Positions 11,978 to 24,385 of a stretch of 64,000 bases of DNA are shown piece by piece. Every line of letters begins with the position of its first letter. The stretch's first letter is position 1. A model generated the notes under the pieces. That model saw only the letters and a list, made by a program, of their open reading frames with translations, searched no databases and was not told where the DNA came from. The translations under genes and the position numbers were made by a program. Origin of the DNA: Paraspadella gotoi (lineage: Eukaryota > Animalia > Chaetognatha); NCBI GenBank assembly GCA_051294375.1, contig CM119264.1, positions 4,456,862 to 4,520,861 on the forward strand, in the 5' to 3' direction.

Positions 11978-14900
11978 ATTCTTTATAATTACGTTCGGTT
12001 ATACACCAATAGCTTCGGTATTATGATATTAAGCTTAAGCATTAAACTGATGTTGTTAGCTGTTATTGTCTCTAACCCAGGGGGTTCAAAAGTATGAAGG
12101 TTTGGCTTTCCCATGTTTGACAGGTAACCAGCGCGTCAAGCTTTTGTCTATTGGCTCATTTTGTTTATAAGGAATCGCATATGATTTTTCTGCTATGGCT
12201 ATGGCATAAGTCACTGGAAGACGTTATTGAGGCATGCTGAAGGAGTAAGCTGAAAGCAGGCCATCATTAGTTGTTTCATCACAATGCAATTGCAGCATGC
12301 ACAGGAAGCCGCGCACTAAAGGTTGAGCGCTATAAGGTACTACTTCAGAGTGCCACAAGATGGCTTTCATTAAGATTTTGTGCCAAAATTTAGGTAGCCA
12401 TTGAAAACATTCCGCGCAAGAGGTGGAAACGACTCGTACGCATGGAAGATTAAGATCAAGGAGAGGCCTTTAAGTAGGTATGCTGCCTACTCGTGACAAC
12501 AATACAAAGCTAGTCATTGATGCCAATTGGCAAAACTCCTTGCCCTTACTTCAGCCCAACTAGAAACTGTTCAACCAGCTGCTACTGCTTTCTGGCTGTT
12601 TTGCTGTGAAGTACTATAGCATCAAACAAGCCTTGCCTTCTGCTTCAGTGAACAGTCAATTTCCCTTCCGCCGCCCCTGCTTGCAGTCCAAGGAGAACCC
12701 TCTACAACAAGAGGATAGCAGTCATAATGTTAATCTTGCTGGTGGCCATTCTCTGTCAATTCTCTAATCTAAAAGGCCAGATATAGCTACTAGGGGAGAT
12801 TACTACATCTTCATAAGCGGGCGAAATCAAGCGCGCAGGCACACAAAAGGCCATGTCTTAATTGAGCGCTTAAAAAGCAGGCAATTCAAGGTTTCAGTTC
12901 CTTAAAGGAACAACAATGGTAAGTAAAACAATAGAAATGGAGGACGAGTCAAAAGCCTTAGCAGATAGAAATGGGGACGAGGCAAAAGCGTAACAGATAG
13001 AAATGGAGGAATGAGCGAAAGCGTAAGGAGTTGGAGATTTGAAAGAGGAAGCAAAGAGGAAGCAACCGAGAGCTTGATGAAGGAACGAAGGTAACAAAGC
13101 CTTGAGCTCAATAATGCGCTAACTTGAATACTGGAAGGTGATCTGGAAGAATATGGCGAACCAGTGAGGAGGGGGATTCAGAATGGACCAGCCATGTCAC
13201 ATCTAATGATCGCGTTTCAAGAGCTTCTTGAGAAACGTAGGACAACAGCACAGATTGGTTTCTGGCAGCAGGCGGCACCCAGATACTTGTCATTGAGCGC
13301 AGACTACTAGGTCTAGACCCATTCAAGGAATAAAATGCGCGTTTTCAAATTTCCTTCACTATCCCATCTCAGGGACTCGCGAGCGGGGAGTACTACTGGT
13401 ACCGTCGCTCCTCTGCCTCAGCTTCACGCCTGCTTTCAGTCTAATGCCACTTCCCAATCCTACTACTACTACTAGTTCTGCCCCATATACCTCCATAACC
13501 CAATTTGTCTCAAGCCTCTCCATACCTGTTCCACATTTCAAATGACGCTTACTCTAGGGCCGCCAAAATCGCTGGCTAATTGTCTTGCTGCCATTGCCTT
13601 TTACACAGTCTTGATACCCTAACTTAATAACAGCCTCCAACTGACTTATCCTACAAACAGCTACAAACAGCGACCATATTCAACAACACACATTTTTTCA
13701 TCAACTTCTTATTCCGCCACGAACCATAGGCACCATTCCATCAGTGCGTTATGGCGACATCAAGGAGCAGCTCAACCTAGCTGCAGCTTCATGGTTCCGA
13801 CATTGCTATCACAGCAATAGGCCACATCGGATGGCCTGCACAACCTCCACAGATGCACACGCCGAAGTCGTTATCGCACTGTTCAGAACCAGAGTGCCTT
13901 CCGCTTCGTTCGAGCAAGACGCTAAATTTAGAGGTGATACGTTTGAAACTGAGGGCCCATTTCTAGCTCAGTTTTGCGACTAAAGGTTGAGAGTTACTTG
14001 CGCTTGACCACTCTCCAGGAGTAAGTATTAGGGAAATTGATTGAGTGGGTGAGGGGTTGAGGCCTTATGATTTGATTCAGAAGATTTGAATATGAGCAGA
14101 ATGCCGATGTCGCGTTATATCACGGCGAAGTTGGAGCTCGCGACAAAAAAGGTGGGGAGCCAACCCCTGATTCTAGCACGGCGGACAAAGCCTCAGCAAA
14201 TTCATAGAGAAGGCAAAGGTTAAGGAAAAAGGCGATTATACGTGGTGTCCAGTAGAAATTTATTTATCCCAGCTTCAGATCCCTGTTGGTGACAAGTGTG
14301 CCACACAGAATAACGCTTGAGTGAATTGGCTACTTAACTCCTCTAGTCTAAATAAGATTACTTGAGACCGGCATGTCGCCATTTTTGAAGTGCCTTGTGG
14401 AACAAAAAGTTAACGCGTAAAAGAATGCAGGCGGTTTAAGCCTGATCCAGATTCCAATGATTTCACTTCAATTTCTCCAACGAATATGGTCAAGAAGGTG
14501 ATACTCGCATTCATCGGAAGGCATAAATTCTTCAAGAGGGAAAAAAAGAGTAAATTCGGGTCAAGAGCCTCAATGCCTGTTGAGGCTGAGGGATGCTTCC
14601 TTGGCTACCAGGGAACGCCGCCAGTCCTGACTAAGTCTTAACCCAAGTGCTTCTGCCAAAGCAGCTGCATATCAAATGCAGGGTGTGCAAACCGCGCGTG
14701 CATCATAGCGGTACGAGAAGTGTCATGGTCGCTTTTGCGGTGCTAAGCTTTCGGCGTGAAATAACATTGTCGACGTTCTCGTCTTATGCTTAGATTTTGG
14801 AATTGGGACTATTCATGGGCTGTCAATGGCTAGAGGATCGCGGCACAACATGGCCCAAACATGTAAGAGGATCATGCTACAGGCTGCGACACACCTTTGC

Positions 14901-17900
14901 GCCAACAGTGAGCAGCTCAATACGCAAGAAAACTAGTTTACCAAAATCCAAAAGCAATCCAGCATCGCTAACTAACACACCGGCACAGCGCTTACATATG
15001 CGATACCTTACACTGGCATACTGCTAACAACACCCGTGCAGCAATCCACTGAGCTGCTAAAAAGGTTGCTGTCATCCATATCGCATTAGAGGCGCTAGAA
15101 AAATAGAGACCAGATTAATCAGCACACTTAGTGGCGCCATATTTGGTTCACATAGATGGCGAGCGAGTGGAGCGACAAAGTACTGTCTAAATAAATGCTG
15201 TGCTCCTTAGATACTAGGACGTGATGTGACTTTTTGTGCTACTAAGGCGTACTTGGCTGTATAGAGATCGGGTTAATTCGGCTGATCACCTTAGTGCAGA
15301 TGAATTGACCCTTATAGGTCATGGTAGTAAGAATACTGTAAAACAGCACTTTGAGATGTCAGCCATAGAGAGCGCGCGGCTATTGCTAGAGCTGGTGAGC
15401 TTATGGAGTGAGTAGAGGGTAAAATTAACCACGCTATGCCATAAGGTTTGCAGGCATCCAATATCATAGTATTGTATCCCACAGAAGGCTACCAAGTGGT
15501 CGACTAATTTACAGGATGTAATATTCCAGATAAAGCGTCAAAGAAGAGGTTGATGGATTATGGAACCTGAATCTAAAGACGGTTTGGGGGGGTGGGCGGT
15601 TGAGGGGGAGGGTGCGAGGAGTTAAGCGTGGTGGAGAAATTGAGGTGTTCGAGTATTTTGATCCTCATTATATTCGGTAGGACAGGAAGCCATATGCTAG
15701 ATTACTATTGCATTCCAGTGAATGAGAAATTGTGCGTAGGTTCTCGGTATAGCTACTCCTAAGTAGGCTTTTATGGGTACACTTATATGGGGCATGGTCC
15801 CATTGATGAGTCCTGCGAGAAAGATGGGCTGGGACAAAAATCTTTATACTTACCTTATATTGCTGTCAACACTGAACAGTCTATTTTGCTTAAAATCTGA
15901 TGGAGCACCTAGTGATTACGAGGGCCATGCTATCGAGATTAAAGAAGTCTTAACTGATGGACTCGACAACTAGCTTGGGGGCTTGGAGCTAGGGAACGAC
16001 CCCAATAGACGAGTGAAGTATTTCTCATTACGGTGAGTGATCGCGAAAAGGCGGGGGAACGTATGGAACGTTCTCCATACGAAGATAATTGTTGTCGGTC
16101 AGCAGTTTTGTTATTTTTGGCTTCAGTCTATTCATCCTTTGGGGGCGCATAAGCATCTTGCGACTATGTATACTTCAGGTCAAGGTATTATTGCTACGCA
16201 GGAAAGCACTTGTAAAAGGCCGTATGTTGGTTGGGAATGATCTCTCCCTGACGAAGAATAAAGCCTTAAAGCTGCTTTTAAGGAATACGGCATAGAGTAC
16301 TGTGCTGGGCATAGCTTGATCTGCTGTGTCGATACGGTAGTCCCAAGGTGGAAAAAGAGAGCTCGCACCATAAAGCTATGCAAAAGAAATTCGGAATACA
16401 CATTCCATAATTTTTGTTGATAGCTTCGAGCGATGGCTTAATGGTGCTGCAGCTTATCAACATAATGAGAATATGGGTTGAATGAATATGATGTTGATCG
16501 CATTCAAAAGGTGAATAATTACATTGGTTGGGCAAAGTGACAGTGTTACGGCTCCTTTTGATACTCGGTCTGGCACATACAAGTCACGGAAGTCGGCATT
16601 CGCTCTGCAGAGAGTGGCTAAGGAGCTATACTACTGGTAATTGATTTGTACCAAGTTGCTGCTAACGCTGAGAGTGCAAGAACACGAGGACGCCTGGTTG
16701 ATGTGATTGCCTTCTGGATTAGATGCTAACGTGCCATGTCATGAAGGATGTATTAGAAATAGGAATCTACACCAGTAAGGCTAATATTTTCTGCCAATCG
16801 ATTTCTGAATATACATCGATTGAGGTGAGCTAGTATAGTTGTACAGTGGGCGTTTAATGTTGACACTGCAATAAGATATCGGCAGCATACCCCTGCAGAG
16901 CGGTATTCTGTGTTCCGCATATGAGTGAGTGGTATTGTATGGCTGAGGTATGATTCATGTATCCTCTGGAAGTTATTTGCATTGATGGGTCCGCAGAGTT
17001 TTACGATGATTAGCGCACTTCACTGCTGGCTGCGATTGCTAAGAGATGATAAAAAAGGAATTGAGTTGTGCAATAGCATACTGAGTGATTTTACAAGTGC
17101 ATAGCTATCGAGTGCAGCTGCTTGCGATCAAGACCTGTCTCTAGATGTCTCTTGAGCGAAGTTGGCGCTCATTCAATGTCTCCACGATAGGAGAAGAGTT
17201 GATTAGTGCGTTTTGCATCTGCTGCTTTCTACTTGCAGGAAACGCTCAGAGGAAGGGCGCAAGCGCTGGTCTTTGAGCACTACTGAAGAATGAGATGACA
17301 GGAAGAAGACGCATGGCGTGCTTACATACTGCTGCCAGGAGCAACATTTTGTTAATAAGAGATTGGCCTATCCATTGGACAGACGGCTTGAGGCATCGAG
17401 CCATTCAGTTTCTGCAAGACGCCAGAAGAATGCAAAAGTCTTTCAGCATTGCGGGCTCCGGCCTAAGAGCGCATTTCATATGCGAAGGTGATAGGTGACT
17501 GCCATGAGAGTTGGTGGCCGAACTCAGGCGCGCGGCATTGTTGGAGTAAGGAAGTAATGAATTCGAACGGAGCGAAATCCGATCTAATTTTATTTGCACT
17601 GCTCTATCATCAGTATCATGCCACAGATGATGCTATCCATATGGGCGCCACTGGCAAGAGATGCGTGCAATACACCTGCGCTCGACAGAATTCTGGCTAA
17701 TAGTTGCAGCGGCAGGCAAGTTTTGGGATCATCAAGTGGTCGTGCATCTTACTGTTCTAGAGAGCCGATGCTATTCCGACAGCTGAGCTAATCAGCGCTT
17801 GTAAGCGGCGCTGCATGGGAATCACTTTGGAGGCATCCGGCAAAGATGGGGCTGCCCTTTACCCTAGATCTTGGCGTGTTAGGCATTGATTATCGGCTAT

Positions 17901-19801
17901 TGAAGGTGACTGGAGTGGATACTATTGTTTTGTGCGGCCTATCTATGTGATAGTCAGGAATAAACAGTCAATACATCAGCGAAAGCAGTGGGTGGCGTCC
18001 TTTATGAGGCTTGTCTCAATGATATGCGTGGCTATCCAATTTGGAAACTCTGGAGGGATTACTATGCAAAGTATCCTGAGTTTTGAATGCCTTTTAGAAG
18101 TGTTTATTCAGGTGCAGGGCGACGCCCTGGGTGTCAAGGTTCTATAGGAAGCGACAGAATACGGCACCAAACTTTGATGGTGCAACGCAAAAAGAAGTTG
18201 GTATGATGGCTGAGTCATTACCGACTAAGGTGAAGCCGCAAGAGGCTGGCGAAGAAGCAGTTCAAGTAGAAGAAGCAATCATGGCCGTATACAAGTGCCT
18301 CTTCAAATGCATGCTGAGGCGCGCGCCTCTAATTGGGAGGTGGCCTGGGAAATGCTGCATCGTTCAAGATTTCAGCGAAAAAATGAGACGTTATATGTCG
18401 CCTATATATCCAGGGAAACAGAGCGTTCTGCTGGGATCAGTATGTGTTCGGATACGGCCCTCGGTGTGTTGCATATAGCTAAGTTGCTCAGTGGAGACAT
18501 ATGTCGAATAGATGCGTGTGCTATTACGAGAATGGCTGAGTTAGCCAGCGAAAGGATCACGCCCGCTGCATTTCCGTGCGTACATTAGAGTTGCTGTATC
18601 CGAGTCTCATGCCACTTGGTGGTCTGCTTAACGGACTAGACCTGGTCGCTCTCGCATGTCTGATGGAACAGTGCGCCCGCACTGCATGGCATAGCAGCTA
18701 GCGTGCCCGTATTGCTGTAATGAGTTTTGGAAAGAGCGTTGAGGCGCTATGAGCTATAGCTATGCCGAGACTGCAGGCAACAGGGCGCAGAAGTGGACGT
18801 AAGTCACAGCGCAGATGCTTCAAGTAAGGAGCGATAGATCACGTTATGCAGTGGCGAACGGAACAAGCGCATACTCGTCTCCAATTGAGTGCTATGCATT
18901 ATAGAGGTAAACCGCTTGGGAGTGGACACTGCATGTGCGCGAGCGTGTCGCAGGAAGTCAAGTAGCGGCAAAAGCGAACTGATCTTAGGAACGCGAGATT
19001 GCACGGCCTAAGCTTGTCTAACTGCTGAATGCATGAAGTAAGACGGGTAGTAAGTTAACTTGATTATTCGTAGATTATCTAAATCATGTTTAGATTTTTA
19101 ATCAGCATGTAAGCAGCTGTTAACTATTTTATCAGTAGAATCGCTCTATTAACAATTAATTTTTAATGACGTAGTAGTAGGCTTGTACTGCATCAATTAT
19201 TTATTAGTAGATAGTTTTAATTATCATTTTTAGATATGATTGTAGTTCGCGCTATAGTTTTAGCTAACCGCATCATTTTAATTGTTGTGCGGCCTTATTT
19301 AATCAGGGAATACGGCTGATGGGACCTCGGGGGTATGGAGTAAAGAGAGTGCCCATTATTATGCAGTGTATAACTATATGTTTAGTTTCGTTTAGATACG
19401 ACTAGAATACATTTCGTTTCCGTTGATATGCATGAATATATACTTGCTCCCTCAGCGATACAAGGAGCCGTCGTTGTTAAGAGCTAATGGGAAAACGAGA
19501 CCAGTGTTGCAAGTATTAAGTTCGTTTGGCAGGCAAGTGGCTTTACTGCCTGCATTCTAAACAACCCACCGTGTGTAAAATGAAAAATGGAAAAATCAGC
19601 TTTAAATAATGTATTTGTACTACTTTTACTGGCGCCATGTTTTATTGCTCTATTTCTGGATTACACCGGAAATGAGTCAACATTGAAGGTAAGATTTAAC
19701 AATAAGGCATTTATATTGATTGTACTTAGTATAGTATGTTACTATAATATAGTTTAAAGGTATTAAAGTATAATTAAATTTAGCCATTGTCATAATTTTA
19801 T

Positions 19802-20194
19802 TGTAGTTTTAACTTACACCTCACACTTGCGCCAATCTACTTGAACGAAGCTCATTGCTGCGCTACTTGCTCGGGCTTCCTAATATACGCATGAATATTT
19901 GCTACCGTGAGATAATGGAAATTGTAATTATCTCCTGCACTAAATGTGGTTAGCTATTTCTGGCTTATATACATGGCTTCTGAAGAGAATATAAGGTTAA
20001 TAGTTAAGGATGTTTTACATGTAAGAACATGTTTGTTTGCAAGAATACTGTGTTTGAGAAAGTAAGTTGAAGACACGGATTTGAAATTCTATATTAATTA
20101 ATTAGGGCAGCAGCAAATTTAGGGGCAGCTCTAGAAGTAATAGAGAATGAAACTGGTAGACTGTGTTTTATATTGCGTATAATATCTACGGATT
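19802..20194 (+). repeat. 3' LTR (truncated by the 25-N gap; true start may be further upstream)
   Basis: Colinear indel-rich copy of 11499-11882, starting TGTAGTTTTAAC and ending acggatt at the gap. Confidence 0.7.
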
Positions 20195-20351
20195 NNNNNN
20201 NNNNNNNNNNNNNNNNNNNAACCGAAATAAAAAATGAAAAATCAAGGATAGAGAAAAAAAAAGCCTTTAACGAATCCGTTGACAGTTAGAAAACGATGCC
20301 ACTTAAAGAGAGAGAGACGAAAGAAGAGAGAGAGAGAGAGAGAGAGAATGA

Positions 20352-20382
<31 letters not shown>

Positions 20383-21568
20383 AGAGCAATTTCTATAAGC
20401 AACTCTTCCGACTCGCGATAGATTTTTATGCTCACCTGATCTCTCGCCAGCTGCTGAGCTCGCACGGTATCTACATACACAATCATCGTAGTACTGCACG
20501 TATAACTCCTTGCGTACCCTACTCCGACTTCACCTGATCCTATATCTATATATCTATATCTCCTATATATATATTTTTTCCCCATTTTTTTTTTCATTTT
20601 CTAATGCGTCGCGCATCGATTTTTAATTTTGCCGCAAGAGGGCCGTTTCAGGAAAGGCTAAAGCGTCTGCCGCACTGCAGCAACTCCGATTCAAACGGCA
20701 ACAGCAACTCTACCGCAAACGCGGCGCGGTGATGATCGTAGCGTAGCGAAACCACTTCGTGCGGAAAGCGGGCGCCTTCCGGTGGGCGTGACTGAAAGCG
20801 GGAGCGTGGTAAGGGGGCGCGTGGCATTGAGATAGCCGCCGTGGCAGCGGGGGTAGTGACAGCGGAAGTTGGCGTGACAGCGGTGAAGCGTGACAGCCAA
20901 AGCGGGCGTGGCAGCGGGGGCCGTGGTAGCGGTAAAGCGTGACAGCGGGAAATTCGAGGCGTCGAGCGTTAAACTCGAGGTCGACGTGGAGAAGGAAGTG
21001 ACGGAGCATGAAAGGGAAAGGCGTGATGGGGAAGAGGAGTGATGGGGTAGAGGAGTGATGGGGTAGGGCGGGAGAGAATGAGGAGTTCTCATGAAAAGGG
21101 GTGATGGAGAATGAAAGATGATAATTTGCTGCGGAAAAGATTATGGAGAAAGGAAAAAGAAAAGAGCATGATAAAAGGGCATGATGAAAGGGCATGATAA
21201 AAAAAGATCCGGCGAGATAAAAGGGAAGGGCATGAAGAGAAGGTGAAGAAGGTCAAAAATGGGAGATACGATGAAATAAAGATGGTCCTTACCTTTCTAT
21301 GGTACTTACTTTTCTTGCAATAGAGCGCAAGGAGAGAGACGAACAGAGACAGAGTAAAACTGGGGTTTCTTATAGGTAAGGAGTAGGCGCTCAGGTAAGG
21401 TTCGAAGGAGGTGGAGAGAATGAATGAAAACAAGAGGAAAAAAAATAAATACAAATAAAAACAAAAGAAATAATTGCTTGAAAACAGTGACCAGAAAATC
21501 TACTGTCTGGGCATGGGAAATAACAATTTAACGAGAGTTCTGAAAAATTAAAATCGTGAAAATCGTTG

Positions 21569-21613
<45 letters not shown>

Positions 21614-22904
21614 CTACCCGCTTCGACTGCTCGACTCAGATATCGTTCTGATTACGACATCGTTTTCTCAACGAGTCTCAGCTGCTCTTCGAGAATTTCT
21701 CGATCGCTTCGTCCTTTTTATTCTTTTGTTTTGTCTTTTGTTGACGCCAGCGCCAACCAAAAGAGCATCGACTTCAGGTCGTCGTCTTCCTTTTCTTCAC
21801 TTTTATTTCTCTTTACTTTTCTTTTTTGNNNNNNNNNNNNNNNNNNNNNNNNNNNNNNNNNNNNNNNNNNNNNNNNNNNNNNNNNNNNNNNNNNNNNNNN
21901 NNNNNNNNNNNNNNNNNNNNNNNNNNNNNNNNNNNNNNNNNNNNNNNNNNNNNNNNNNNNNNNNNNNNNNNNNNNNNNNNNNNNNNNNNNNNNNNNNNNN
22001 NNNNNNNNNNNNNNNNNNNNNNNNNNNNNNNNNNNNNNNNNNCTTTTCCCCAAACGACTTTTAACTTTTGATGCCTCCATCTATCGTCGAAAAAATTCCT
22101 CAACAAATAAATAAAAGAATCGAAAAAAAATTGCGCGATTTATTCTGTGGCTTCGTTCGTCAGCCATCATTTTTTTCGCCAGACGTCCGCCCCTCGAATA
22201 TTCCACAACCCAGAGAGAGAGANNNNNNNNNNNNNNNNNNNNNNNNNNNNNNNNNNNNNNNNNNNNNNNNNNNNNNNNNNNNNNNNNNNNNNNNNNNNNN
22301 NNNNNNNNNNNNNNNNNNNNNNNNNNNNNNNNNNNNNNNNNNNNNNNNNNNNNNNNNNNNNNNNNNNNNNNNNNNNNNNNNNNNNNNNNNNNNNNNNNNN
22401 NNNNNNNNNNNNNNNNNNNNNNNNNNNNNNNNNNNNNNNNNNNNNNNNNNNNNNNNNNNNNNNNNNNNNNNNNNNNNNNNNNNNNNNNNNNNNNNNNNNN
22501 NNNNNNNNNNNNNNNNNNNNNNNNNNNNNNNNNNNNNNNNNNNNNNNNNNNNNNNNNNNNNNNNNNNNNNNNNNNNNNNNNNNNNNNNNNNNNNNNNNNN
22601 NNNNNNNNNNNNNNNNNNNNNNNNNNNNNNNNNNNNCCGACTCTTGTCTGTTTACTCCTCCTCTGTTTGTTTCGAATCTTTCGCCGAGGCGAGGCGCCAC
22701 CGACGGGGCAGGTGCCAGCGACGCCGCGCCAGGTGCCGCCGACCTCGCTCCAGGTGCAAAAGGCGCCTTCCTTATTTCTTTATTCTTCTCTCTTCCCTCG
22801 TTGGAAATATGATTCACCCCTTTCGCCCCCCAAACAGCAAACACATTTACATCTTTGGCAAAACGCGCATGTTTCGGTCTTAGATTTGGAAATCTCTCTA
22901 TCTT

Positions 22905-22915
22905 TCCATCTATCC

Positions 22916-22980
<65 letters not shown>
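22905..22980. repeat. (TATC)n / GATA microsatellite
   Basis: Near-perfect tatc run. Confidence 0.95.
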
Positions 22981-23146
22981 CCACCTTCCATCAGCGTCAT
23001 TCATCAGCCAGAGAGAAAAATGAAAAACATTGCGTCTTAAAAGAAAAAAAAATCCAACTCGCGCTTCATATCACTTTCTCGCTTGTATGTAGTATATATA
23101 TATTTCGCGCCATTAATTATCGTACATATTTTCTTTTTCTCACCAG

Positions 23147-24065
23147 ATGGCGCCACATGGTCGATCTTCATCGTCTCCGCATCGTCGCCGTCGTCTTCGT
23201 CTCACGTCTACTCGGCGTCGAACTTTGACGTCGGCGATGGGAAGAACTCTGACCGCGTTGACGCGACCAAAATCGGTATCACTGCGTCAACAATCGGTAT
23301 CACTGCGTCAACAATCGTCGTCACAGCGTCAAACCGCATTAAAATTGCGTCAGATCGCGTCACCATCCTGTAAAACGACGTCCGGTCCCTTAGCGTCAAC
23401 TGGCGTCATTCTACCGTCGACGACGCCGCTCAACCGGCGCGGCGATATTGCCGAGGAAATTGACGTCGTCCATCAATTTGGCGCCGGTTTTCGTTTTGAC
23501 TCTTTTGACTCAAATCTCCAAACGGAGAAGATTTTCAAGAAGGAAGACGAGGATTGGGATCGAGAGTTGTCGTCGTTTTCGTCGTCGTCGGCGTCGTCGT
23601 TTTCGTCGTCGTCGTCATCGTCGTCGTCGTCGTCGTCGTCGATAACGTCCTCGTCCTTTTCTTTCCCATCGCGAACCCAACTCCCAAACTTTTCTAAATC
23701 ATCAATCTTTTCGAGTAGAAAGACGACATCGTCGTCGTCTTCGTCGTCGTCGTCGTCGTCGTCTTCGTCATCGTCGTCTTCCTCAGAATTTTCAAACCTT
23801 GACATTTTCTCTCGGCGCACTCGAGCGACGCGCCACCCACGTCTTCAGCGGCGCCACTATACGCGGCGTGGCGTTCCGTGGCGCTGCGCTGATCGATCAC
23901 GCGGCGTCGTGGCCTCGCCGCGGCTGGCGTTGATGGCGCTGGCGTCGCTGTTGACGACGATGTTGACATCGCCGTCGTCGACGACGTCGGCGGCGGAGAT
24001 CCAACAGTTTCACACTGTCGTGCCGGAAGGAACGACCGTCGGGTTCGATTGCGTCTCTAAACTCG
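23147..24065 (+). CDS. First recognisable exon of an IgSF gene: Ser-rich leader, hydrophobic signal-like segment, start of Ig domain 1
   Basis: A polypyrimidine tract + AG (ttctttttctcaccag) ends at 23146, directly before an ATG. The frame is open to a G|GTGAG donor at 24065/24066 (phase 1). It encodes LALMALASLLTTMLTSPSSTTSAA then EIQQFHTVVPEGTTVGFDC, typical of Ig A'-B strands ending in Cys. An alternative in-frame start is the ATG at 23933. Confidence 0.65.
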
Positions 24066-24352
24066 GTGAGAAAAGGGGAGGGTCGTCAGTCTGTCTGTCT
24101 GTCTTCGGCTGTCTGTCCTTGTGTCTCTCTTTCTGTCTGTCTGTCTGAAATTCTTTCTGTCTTTCTTTATGTCTGAGAGAGATTCTCATCTTGGCCATTT
24201 TTCGATATATCTTTTTCTCTTAACAAAAACTTACAACAACAACAACAACAACAACAGCTCTGTGACGAAGACGTCGGAATCAAGTGACTAAAGACGCCGA
24301 GAATGATGTTTACGACGACGGCGACGACGATGAGAACGACGACCGTAGTAGA

Positions 24353-24385
<33 letters not shown>

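Larger units (their letters stand above)
11499..20194 (+). mobile_element. Ty3/Gypsy-type LTR retrotransposon, heavily frameshifted; right end cut by a gap
   Basis: Direct terminal repeats 8.3 kb apart. Motif remnants on + in Gypsy order, read across indels: coiled-coil and gag-like KFRGDTFE..PFLAQF (~12930-14000); protease L-L-D-T-G-x-D-V-T (~15200-15232); RT I-F-S-A-I-D (~16787-16802) and YE..V..YGL (~16920-16947); RNase H QY..DRE-LAIVAA..KF (~17668-17723) and ARWAAL (~17840-17858); integrase WEMLH-x-D-F (~18346-18375). Confidence 0.7.

Noticed and set aside
16240-16400. Integrase-like AAFKEYGIEY segment implying integrase before RT
   Set aside because: The similarity is weak, and better integrase remnants lie after RNase H at ~18100-18700. 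Not enough to claim an unusual domain order.
11499-20194. Endogenous RNA virus or circular viral genome read more than once
   Set aside because: No RdRp motifs (GDD or GDNQ in context) were found. The protease-RT-RNase H-integrase remnants and candidate PBS fit a Gypsy element better.
21566-22883. ORFs of 100-270 aa spanning N runs
   Set aside because: Their length comes from X residues in assembly gaps.
23473-23820. Poly-Asp ORF on the - strand
   Set aside because: It is the antisense reading of the (TCG)n tracts of the + strand exon and has no independent gene signals.
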